A DNA stretch of 64,000 nt, from the NCBI RefSeq assembly GCF_963676685.1, contig NC_092349.1, forward strand, positions 18,042,001 through 18,106,000. The letters run 5' to 3'. Made by a program: the position numbers and the translations under genes. This stretch comes from Mytilus edulis (lineage: Eukaryota). Positions 27,001-38,300 of this stretch are shown here, one piece after another (positions within the stretch are counted from its first letter, which is position 1; each line of letters opens with the position of its first letter). Below the pieces are notes generated by a model. That model was not told where the DNA came from. It searched no databases and saw only the letters and a list, made by a program, of their open reading frames with translations.

Positions 27001-30000
27001 ATTTGATATTTCCTTCTGACTCCTGCCACTAAATCTTTAGTACACCGTGGAATCTTTGTGTTGATCAATAATATTCTCAGATTTGGTATTCTACAACAAA
27101 CACTTTAAATTCAGAATAGAATATGAGCATTTATCATGATTAGGTCTGTTTGAGTAAAAAAATTAGGTCTGTTTGGGTCGAAAATAAACAGACAGTCCCA
27201 TGGTTATAATTCAAAAAGAGCAACTGACAAACAATAGTACACAAAGCACAACTTAAAACTGAGCAACATGAACCCCACCAAATACTGGGGGGAACTCAAA
27301 TGAATTTACTGTTATTAGGAAATATTCACAATCACTATCAAACAAAATTTGGAGCTTGTTTATGCTTTTGTTTTGTGTAGAAATGTTTGTAGCCGTCTCA
27401 TTCATGTTAATCGTAGAGGCTCCTTTTATGCAAATTCTTATTATAAATAGGTACTTTGTGTTGCATATTTATAATAAATTTTATGACATAATTTTCGAAT
27501 TTCTATATATGTGGAAGATGCATTTAGTAATTTAATAATCATGAAAAAGAGGACCACACTACGACTTTGACGATTAAAACATTTCAATGGTCTTCTTTTA
27601 CACAGAATTTCTAGAAGGATAAACCAGATAGTGATAGAGTCTTTAAACTTTCTGAGGGAAAAGTCAACTTTACCTTTAAGAGCCCTTTGCTCGATTGCTT
27701 TTATCCGGTTTATAATGGTGTTTTTCGTTCATCAATATCTTATTTTATTGTTTTAAACAGTACAGTTGTATATTAGTCAATATTTCAAGATGACAATGTA
27801 AGTTGGACTTCATGCAAGCAAATCAAATTGGTCAAGTTTGTGGACTTTTTAAATACTTTCTACCCAAAATTATAACCATAGAATATATACATTGTACTTC
27901 ATATATATGAAAACTTACTTGTCTAGTTTGTGGACTGTTCCTGACTTCAGTTTAATTGCTTTACCTGGAATTGTAAAAAAAGAAGTCCTTTGTATGTTTT
28001 GGAAATCCAGTTTATCTAGTACAGAATGTTTTTATTTGTTGCTGAGCTTTTGTCATCTTAGTTTTCAAAATCATTGGATCATAATTTAGTCTCTTTCATG
28101 GCTATATTTTCTCTACCTTCTTAGTATGCACTGTAAACTAGATTTAAACTTGTTCATGAATGATGATTTTAATTGATTTTGTTCTTGAATCTTTATCAGC
28201 ATATCTGTGCAGAGCTTACCATATGTTGCTATAGAATTGTCAATCCCAGAAGGTGTCCCATGATTCAATGTTTCACCCATGAATGCCCATTTATTTATAA
28301 GTTCAAGGTCATCAGACTTCCAAATATTATCACTGCCAGGTGCTGATACATTCCCAGTCAATATTAAAAATGCAGAGGACAAACAGACAGAAAATCCAGC
28401 AGATGAACCAAGTCCAGCTCCGATTGGCAGTTCTGATTTGACCTTTAGTTCAATTCCCTGCTTCCTGTAATGAATAAATAAATCTTATTTTTTCCTGCAA
28501 TGTAATAAAAATAGCATTTAAATGTCATAATAAACTTGAGAATGGAAATGAGGAATGTGTCAAAGAGACAACAACTCGACCAAAGAGCGGAAAATAGCAG
28601 AGGTTTACACAAAACTTATACCTTGCAATTGTTTAATGCATTCCAAATTTAACATAACACACTCCAAATCAGTTAATTTGAACCTCAGATAAGTTTTATA
28701 TTTCTTCTGGTCCCTTCAACTTCAACTTAACGAGATTTGAAAATATTATGATATCAAATATAAAGCACTTATAAGTTGACAATCTATTTTAGATCATGTT
28801 TATACGCCAATAAAATGTTTTGATTTGAATGTGTTGAATTGCTTGTCTTTTTTTTTAAAAACAATTATAAATTTTGTCCATTTTGAGTTTTCATAAGTTT
28901 GAATATCAATAAAATCATGAAAATATCAAATCAAAGCAAAAGGAATATAATTCTTTTCAATTTATGATACATATCCTTCATATGTAAATGGTGTGTATCT
29001 TTAAAATAAGAAGGATGAAATGTGAAATTATTTTTTTTTTTTATGGAAGAAAACAGCAACTATTTATGAATTATCTCCCTTGGTTCCATGGATTATGATA
29101 TTTCTTTGAACCATTACTACTAATGAAACTTTCCTTGACACATTTTCAATTTCCATTCTCATTTTTATTTCCAATTATTTCTGAATTAAATAGGAAAACA
29201 ATATAAATGTATTAGTCATAAATCATAGTTTGTTTTTTTTTAAATTTTAAACAGATTTTATTAATAATCAACTGTTACATCAATCCTAAGTTGTCCAGAA
29301 AAGCAACTAAGGGGCCCTGGTTTTTACAGTCTCGTTTGTTAGGGGAAAAGCAAATGAGAAATCATAGTTTGATTATACAAAAACACCAGAAATTGTGTGT
29401 ACTGTACCTGTTCTTACACAAAGACAGATAGATGTAAAGGAATACTATGGAGGCTGTATTGTTGATTTCTGTTGCTCCACTTCCAGCTATTTTTTTCAAC
29501 TGTTTAATCACATCTTCTGTTGGTGGATTGGGATTCAAAATTTCACAACCTAAAAGATGCATAAAAAGAATATGTCCCAAGTACACGGATGCCCCATACT
29601 CACTATCATTTTCTATGTTCAGTGGACCGTGAAAATGGGGTAAAAACTCTTATTTGGCATTCGTAAAGTAAAAATTGACGATAGACAGTTTTTAACTAGG
29701 TTGTTCCTGATCAGTTTTATTCTAATACCACTTCACATCCTTTAAACATGTTAAAGATTAAAACTTGTACCTTTCAATGTTCCTGGTAAAGGTAAAACAG
29801 GAATAAGGTTAATGTTATCATGAATTTCTAAAAAATGTGAATAGTTTGACAAAACTTTTATAACCTATTGTTTTTTATTATTAAAACAAGAGTTCCAAAT
29901 GGTGAACATGGTGAAATTGAAATCATCCCTTCGTAAATTTTACAGACGCCATTACGAGTTGGTTGACCGTTATGGAATATCCCTTTCACGGATGATATCA

Positions 30001-32169
30001 CATAAGTTCTTATGTCCTAACTACAATCCTGTTCCCTTTACACAAATGTGACCTATGGAATATGACTTTTTTGTAATAACATGAGGAACACGACGGGTGC
30101 CACAAGTGGAGCAGGATCTGCTTACACTTCCAGAGCACCTGAGATCCCCCCTGTCTCTGGTGGGGTTCGTGTTGCTTAGCCTTAATTTTCTATGTTGTGT
30201 CTTGTGTACTATTGTTTGTCTTTTTTAGCGATGGCATTTGAATGTTTGAATGTCATGAATGTCTCTCTGATATCCTTTTCCCCTCTTCTTTAACAATGAC
30301 TGGAGAAAGTTAAAACATCATAATAACACCAAGTTATCAAAATGCATTCATAAAACCTAAAAGGTTTTATTTGTACTTGAATTTCTTGTCTCCAACTTGT
30401 CCAAGTCAGAATTTTCTCTCCAATAAAAATTTGCACAAGTTGATGTTTCCCCATATTTTATTTTATTCTCTCCTTTGAAAAATATTTAAAATTGGTAAAT
30501 CAATAACATGAACTCCTCTAGAAAATTTCCCTCTTTACATTTAAAATTGTGCTAAGCTATCTTATGTGTTCATCATACATGTACATTACACCTATTTTTC
30601 AATACTAACATGACTAATACGACACTAAGAGCAGTCAGAAATGAGAAAAAAACACTTACCTTGTGAAAATTGAATTGAATTTACTTCTTCCAAGGACCAT
30701 GACTGTGTTAGATCAATATCTGGGAAAACAAGTGATACCCTCTCATCTTTTGTTTGTGACAATTTTAGGTATGTTCTGATGTTCAAGCTACACGCTATGG
30801 CAGACTAAAATAAAGCAAAAACTTATCATTGTCATGATTATTATTCAGTCGAAAATCATAGTCAATGGGTCTGACATACTGAAAAATATTAGACAATGCT
30901 CTCATACATGTATCAATGCAGTAACAATAATTGCTCATTTAGTCAATCAACATTAATTCCAAATATAATTCTAATGCAACATCATTTGTAATGTTCAATT
31001 TGATTGAAATAATGTTATTTATTTTCATTTGTGAACGAGATACATGTATTGCTCTTTTCCCCTCCTTAAAACAGTTTTAGGCTTGACAAAAACAAGTTTA
31101 ATATACATCTCCTCAAACTTTGTGATGTCCCACATAACTTTTCCTCAGTCATTCATGTGACATCGCTGATAATGCCTGCTCTCATCTCAAACCCTCTGGA
31201 CTCTTCTTCTTTCTATACTGGGCAGGTAATTATCACACAATCAGACTATGTACAGTTAAAATCAAAATCATGTGAGTCATGTTAAAAACAAGTTGGTCCT
31301 TAGAAGCTGTATGTGCTGATTCTCTCCTTGAAGGAATCAGCTGTCAGGACTTTGGGATTGAGTGTTTTAAGCTCTGGATTTCGGGATTGACCCTTTCAGG
31401 ATCCAGGAATTCTTTTTTTTCGAATTTCAGCATGTCAGGATTTAAATGTATTTAAATTCTGGATCTCTGGAATTCGGGATCAGGACCCCATCTAACACCC
31501 ACCCCCTCCCCCCTAAATACATGTAGTCACAGGAAGGTGTCAAAGCAAAAATTTAAAATAGCCCTCTAACCTAGACTTCATAATTGTGTCCCAGAAAATA
31601 AAAACAAATTATAGCCTTGCCAGACGTTATAATTATTACAAATGGTCAATATAAATTATCCGTGTTTCTTTTCCAATGTTGACGGAAGTGATCCAGGAAG
31701 TACCGAAGTATGTCACGTGGTAATTCGGCATACCGTAAACAAGTTCCGAGGACAGCATAAAATAATAATTTATTTATATATATACGAATGCATTTATATA
31801 TAAGATTGGTACTTTTTTATTGTTATCATATCTAAAATGCTTAATTTATAAAAATGTCCGAAATTCCCCGTTGTCCGATTTTCCCCATCTTTACCCTAGC
31901 TGCGGCCATGCTCTAGCTGCGGAACCGTAGCTCTTAGGTCCTTATGTTATTTTTTGACTATTTGCAGACCTATGGTCCGCAAATAGTCAAAAAAATAACA
32001 TAAGGACCTAAGAGCTACGGTTCCGCAGCTAGCCATGCTCTAACTCAAATAAATAATTTATAAAAATAAACAGATGAATGGATTTCAAATTCGTTACCCG
32101 GCCATAGACAACTGAATGTTCTCCATGTAAAATTATCTTTCCCGGTGCAGATACTATAATTTCTGTCAT
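24022..32169 (-). CDS. MVK: Mevalonate kinase (390 aa, 9 coding exons)
   Basis: Exons 32169-32098, 30804-30660, 29549-29408, 28464-28220, 27964-27919, 27090-27000, 25715-25593, 25220-25067, 24176-24022; all GT-AG with matching phases, 1173 nt. Motifs SAPGKIILHGEHSVVYG, LPIGAGLGSSA (GHMP), HGTPSGIDN, KLTGAGGGG. Confidence 0.97.
26509..26709. mobile_element. TA-flanked MITE (Tc1/mariner-like)
   Basis: TIR ctgtaaaccaacttattttcgcg / cgcgaaaataagttggtttacag with TA on both sides. Confidence 0.75.
26791..26986. mobile_element. TA-flanked MITE family (ctgtggattcatt ... aatgaatccacag)
   Basis: Terminal inverted repeats; related copies near 26144-26356, 41530-41716 and 62915-63126. Confidence 0.65.
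29900..30290 (+). mobile_element. Degenerate 3' fragment of a Penelope-like retroelement in MVK intron 2
   Basis: Translates to KLKSSLRKFYRRHYELVDRYGI, resembling the post-RT region of such elements; a related sequence lies in reverse near 8975-9165. Confidence 0.5.
31683..31720. promoter_or_regulatory. Cluster of ETS-like (GGAAGT) sites and an E-box in MVK intron 1
   Basis: CGGAAGTG 31683, AGGAAGTA 31695, GTCACGTGG with CACGTG at 31714-31719, in a CpG-containing patch within AT-rich DNA. Confidence 0.4.
31914..32031. mobile_element. 118-bp near-perfect palindromic MITE with 9-bp TSD
   Basis: Arms tagctgcggaaccgtagctcttaggtccttatgttatttttt(t)gactatttgc; TSD gccatgctc at 31905-31913 and 32032-32040. 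Confidence 0.85.
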
Positions 32170-32315
32170 CTTTGAACCATGTTTATCATCTAACAATTTC
32201 TTTCTGTTTCACGTGGTTTTGTTTGTTTTTAATTTGCGGTACTCTCAAAGCAAGGGGAGGGAAGCAACAGTTTTGTTGGCTGAATGCATTTCCTGTAAAA
32301 CAGAGTCAAAACAGA
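32170..32315. promoter_or_regulatory. Candidate bidirectional promoter region shared by MVK and MMAB, with an E-box (TCACGTGG)
   Basis: 146 bp separate the divergent ATGs (32169 minus, 32316 plus); CACGTG at 32210-32215. Confidence 0.7.
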
Positions 32316-35300
32316 ATGTCAAAATTTGTGTCCTCAATGTTAAGATTTACATCTACTGTTACAAAAACTGTTGTTACTAGATCATTGTAAGTATGTCCAG
32401 AAATATGTACTCAGATATAGATATGCAAATGGTTTGTTTTAGGTTCATGTGGATTTTTTGGCGAAAAATGGCTGTGTTTATGTAAGCTCTCGAGATGTTT
32501 CGGCCTTATGTCGTTTCGGCCATTCATGAATCCATGACAACTCGCCCCTCTTTTTCAACAAGTCGCCTTTATGTTCAAAAACTATCACAAATCGCCCTCT
32601 TTTTTACCAACTCGCCCTACTGTCTAAAAAATTAACCCAACTGGTATGAACTGTATATGGAAGAAGAAGAAGAAGAAGAACTCTTGTTTTATCCAACTGG
32701 CCCCACTTATGAACAGGGTTTAACCGTTAAATCCCATTGAAAATAGGTCTGACAAATTGCCCCACTTACATGCTATACTAAGTTAGTATTAGACTGTCCT
32801 TGTACTTATGAAAAAGGATGCATTCTTGTCGAATATAGGTCTGCCAACTCATTGCACTTATGAGTTAAATGAATACTTATGAAAACCTTAGAATTTTTTT
32901 TGCATTTTGATTTTTTTCTCTGCCTCATAGGTAGTTACGGCCCTGGTAGTGGCCATTAAGTTTTACCCTTGTCTGTCTATAAATCCCTTGTACCGTCCCC
33001 CCTCTCTACTTCCATCCATCAGTATGTCCTAAAGTTGGTTTTCGTTCTCTAACTTCAGTTTGCCTTTACCAAATGTTATGAATGTTATACACAATGCTGA
33101 GGGAGGTTAGGAGGGTTCCTGATCCCAAAATCCCAAGCTTAAAAATACAAAATCCTGAGGTCCTGAATTCAAATAAATTTCAATCCCAACATCCCGAAAA
33201 AACATTAAAAAAATTTTAAAAAACCAATTCCCGGATCCCAAAAGGATCAATCCTGGAAGGGTCAATTCTGAAATCCAGAGCTTAAAAACACGCGATCCAG
33301 GAGTCCCGATAAAGGTCCTATCCCCCCTCAATGCTTATTACTACAGAACACAGATCAAGTTTGAATTTTGCAGGGGTTAAAAAATCCACTAGCCCGACGC
33401 CCGGGACTACAGCATTTAGGCCTCGGGCAACCAAAACTTGTAACCCAATATGCCCGACGGACTAGTAACAAAAAATTCTTGGCGTTTCCAAAATAGAAAG
33501 TGGAATATCCCCTCATCACTATTCTATCTTAGCCAATCAGATTCGACTACGTCATCCCGGATTCCCAGAATTTGAACTGATTTTGTACAAGTTTTAGAAT
33601 AGAACAAATAACTCGGGGTGGATCCCGTACTTTCAATATCGATTTGTCAGTACAGGGGGTTGTACATTGCTTATGCAACCAGAGAAATATAATGTAACCG
33701 GATTGTACCTCCTTTTGAATAATTTATTGCACTATAAATGTGAATCCCTTTTGACAGCAGAAACCTGACTTTTGTCAGATATAAATTTGTAACATGTGCA
33801 CATGTTATGGACGCTATTTTGTTTTGTTTACAAACTGTGAAGAAGCCTCCAGAACCATGACCTAAACATTAACAGTCTTCAGAAAACTTAAACTTGATGC
33901 AATAATATTTTATCAATCATGATTATCTTCACTGATTTAATGAATTCGATTTTTAAAGAAATGAAATTTATAACAAACACAATTTCAGTTATGAGACTGT
34001 GCTCAGTTTGTAATCTATTTATAGCCCACAATTAGCTTACCTATGATAAATGTAAATATGGATATTATTGTACTTCGTTTATAAAACAATTACAAAAGAC
34101 ACAAACTATGAATGGTGATATTTACATGTATCCAGATAAATATTTGAGGTCATCTGATTTATTTTAATAAATAGAATTTTTAAACTGAAAACAAATATGA
34201 GCATTACATATAACCAGCTTATAATTCTTTTACACAAACGTGATGATGTATCTGATAAAAATCACTCCAATCTTTTTATACATGTATAACCATGTATATA
34301 TATAGCAGTGGTCAAGACTTGTACCATCTCGGGATTTGTTCAACTCATTATTACAGAATAGTAAATAAATATTCAATTGTCGATTAATTGAATATATTTG
34401 ATAATGGGATAGTTTTTTGCTGACAAAAGTTTTGGGCATCCAATTTGCAAAAATCTACTGTACAATGGATAAAAATTGTTAAGTTTATAGAATTCATTTA
34501 ATTGTAGCAAACTCTGAATTTGTAAGGCATACTCGGGTTAGCAGGTCAGTTTTGTTGGGCTACTAGTTCTTCCATCAGGGCTAGTAAAATCCTGATACCA
34601 ATTAGCCCTGGGCTAGTGAGCTATAACAAAATTTTTTAACCCCTGATTTTGGTGATGTCACTTTAACCGTTCTAGAGTTATGCCTCTTTAGGCCAACTAA
34701 AATTAATTAGTAGATTTTCATCCAAATTTTTGAAAAAAATTGGGCGGGTGGGAGGATTTTATTTTTTAAATTTTATTTCTTATGAAACCCTCGTCACGAG
34801 TTCTTCATACCCCGGGGTATATGCTAGTGGAAAGCAAGCTTGTATAATGTACATGCTGTATAAGGAATTCTACACTATTTTTTAAACTCTTAAATAAAAA
34901 TCCCTGATTGGCAACTACTGTTATACATGTAATTGCCGCTTTAGAAACCTATGTATAGTATATACATCAAAAAGAAGAGAAATGCTCTCTTCAGTTGGGT
35001 TATACCTACACCAAATTTTTTTTGCTTTCTAAGCAATGGTTTGTAGTCCCTATAAAATCAATAAAATGTATTGGTATAATTGTATGCAACACAAGTATTA
35101 TGAGTACAGAATAAAATGTAAACTCAGTGTTGAAAGTAATTATGATGTAAAACATGAATTTAACCAAAAAGTAGTTGTTGTTTAATGACTAAATTGAGGG
35201 TATTGGGACAGTTACAGAGGGTGTTTGCTGTTTGTCAACAAAAACAACAGACAAGGGCTTGTTATAATTAAAATGCGTGTTTGTCGACTTTTTTTCTCCT

Positions 35301-38300
35301 CAATATACGGTCATACATCAAACAAGTTCGTGCTTGTGTCAATTTGTTTAATCAAGTCATGTTTTTTGAACCAATTTGTTCTACGATTCTTGGGCTTTGG
35401 ATATATCATTCACAGTCCAAATTTCCTAACACAAAGTCATTGTATAAATAAAAAAAACAACAACACGGTTTTCGATTCACTTTATGTGACTACCGCAATT
35501 TGCGATCAAGGACAAGGCGTTTTACTTGTATATCAAATATTTTATGCCCTTCTCGTTATCAATCTCTATTCTCGATAGACGATGTTGTCATCATAGAGCA
35601 GCAGCATATGTCGACTTAATCATTTTCGTTAGATTACTCGAAGAAACACAAAAACGAAATTTGAAACAGGAAGTTTTGAATGAAACGAAATTATCGAAGG
35701 TTCCCGGTAACGGACATGAACAAAATCCGGAAATCGTATTTTTATTAAATAAAAAAAATCGGGGCGGGACGATTTCAGAGGGGCGGGCGGGGATGAAAAT
35801 CTAGCAATTAATTTTAATTGGCCTTATATAAAAAAAAAAAAAAAGCTGAATTATTTGTTTATGTTTTCTAACTGTAGTTTGCCTCAAGGAATTGCTATGA
35901 AACTCATATACACAATGCTTATTTTCTTAAAATACAGATCATGCCTCAACCAAATGCCAAATGCCATAAAAACTTGTTCACAACATTTTTTTTTTTTGCA
36001 CAATGCATGCTTACCACAAAATACAGAAGTTTGAATTTTGAGTTACATGTATCACTAAATTTTCTAGAGTTATGCCCCTTTACAAACGGAAAAATTGCTG
36101 AATTTTTAGTTTCTGTTCTCTAAATTAATTTTGTATCAAACAAATTTTATAAAACTTATATGTTATATACAATTATACTTATTAACACAAAACTCAGAAC
36201 AAATTTGGATACAAGGCCACTTTTGCTGTTCTAATCTGTTTTTACAGGTTATTCATTCCCTTAATAGATGATCATGGGTCACAAATCATTGTTTAATTCA
36301 TTAATTCAAATAGATAGGTCAATCACAATTTGATTTAATAGAAGAAATTTCATATACTGTATTTCAGCAACACAATTCGCAATTTTACCAAATGTTTTAC
36401 GATGTAAACTTAAATGACAAAAAGATAAAACATGTTAAAACCATGATAAAGTTTTTAAAAATCATCTTTCCATTTGTAATCGTCATTTCACTTGTAACCT
36501 GTAATAAATTTTAAATTAAAAAATATAAGCAAGCCCATTGCTTTACATTATATAGACTAAGTACATACCTTTTCATCATGTTCATAGACCAAGCTAAATA
36601 TAATTTCACTAATTTATTTATCGTGAAATTTTATCCTGATTAATAGAAAATAAGGTAAGTGAAAAACAGTTACATTTTTGAAGTGCGTTGTTTTCAGATT
36701 ATGAGATACATGTATGAGTAGGTAGACATATTGTAACATCACTGCAGTAATGGAGGAATCGGAGTACGAGGACATATTCAACTATACAAATTTCCAAGAA
36801 TATCGTATTGGCTTAACAGAGAATCAAAAAAGAAAGATAAGAAACAGAGTGAGAGATTTTATGGTGAAAAATGGACAACTCTATTATATAAAAGATACAC
36901 CTGACGAAAGACTAGTGATTACAAAAGACAAAAAGGACAGCATAATTAAATTATGTCATGTTGGAACTGGTCCTAGTCATTTAGGTAGAAACAAGACAAT
37001 TAGCAAGATATCTGACAGCTATTATTGGTTAGGTATTGTTAAAGATGTTACCGATTTTGTGAAAACATGTCTGCAATGTCAAAACGAAAACAAAAAGACC
37101 ACAAAGACTTGTCATGCTTGTCACTGTCAGGAAATAATGCCTGAACATGTGACTATCAAAAGAGAATGGAATGACGATGGGATAGATTTGATTAGTCCAT
37201 TTCTTCAGAGTGACGAAATATCATTATCTTCTGGTGGTTTTAAGTAAGTAATATGAAAACTTCATACTGTAAATTAAGAAATAATTGTGTGCATCAGTTA
37301 TTGTGATTTTTGCAGAATGGACAAAAATGCCAGATTAATTACTGTAACATATGTAATGTCAGAAATTATTACGTGCATTTATTAATATTGGGGTTTTCTC
37401 ATTTAAGGTGGTACCTAACACTTTCACTAAAATCAATTTGGCTCGTTTAATTTTCATAAAATTTTGACAAAGTATTTACTTTGACCCTTTGACAAAAATA
37501 TAAAAATTTCAAAAAATTTGAAACAACCATTTTATCAGAAAAATTACACTTGTTATATAGCAGTTTGACAAACACTAATTTTGATCATTGAGAAGCTTAA
37601 TATTCCCTTAAAAACACAACGTCATTAAAACATTTAGGTGATTTTACAGAGTTATCTCCCTGTAGTGTTAGGTACCACCTTAAGACTTAAATGTGATTTT
37701 AATTTTTATGATTTTTAGAAAAATCATGTTTTATTCATATATAAAATATTTCAATATGAAAGGTAAAATTATTGTGTTTACAACTCTGTCGCATTTTTCG
37801 CAATAATAAAAATCTCGCGATAATTTCTGAAATTACAGTATTACAATTTGTGGAAAAACTGCATACCGATATAATTATTATACTGTGAGATATCGTCATG
37901 ATCAGAATGCGATTTCTTATTGTTGTGATTCTCACCCATTTGCATTATTAACATTTACAATAATAAAAACCCACAATAATTTCTGAATTTACAGTACACA
38001 AAAGCTGTGATGCAACAAAAATATCACTGAAAACTCCAAAAGTCTTAAATATTGGCATAAATAATTTGTGCAAAGTGATAACATGTATATGTATATGGTG
38101 CACAGCATTTATATATATGCATTTTATATAAAATATTTTACAGCTGAATAGCATTTATCTTTTGGTGTGAAATATTTAATATCTATTTAATTCATGAAAG
38201 TTCTCATTTGATATAATATATAAAGAGAAAAGTAACAATTTCACTATGTTATTCTAGAATACAGCATCCTTAAAATGAAAATCTATAGTTACCGCCCACT

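Noticed and set aside
36655-36697. gtaagt donor at 36655 paired with the acceptor at 36697
   Set aside because: Would be a 43-nt intron, implausibly short for this genome.
36745-36749. Alternative acceptor (ctgcag) just before the integrase ATG giving a presequence-integrase-MMAB fusion
   Set aside because: Poor polypyrimidine tract, and joining from exon 1 is out of frame.
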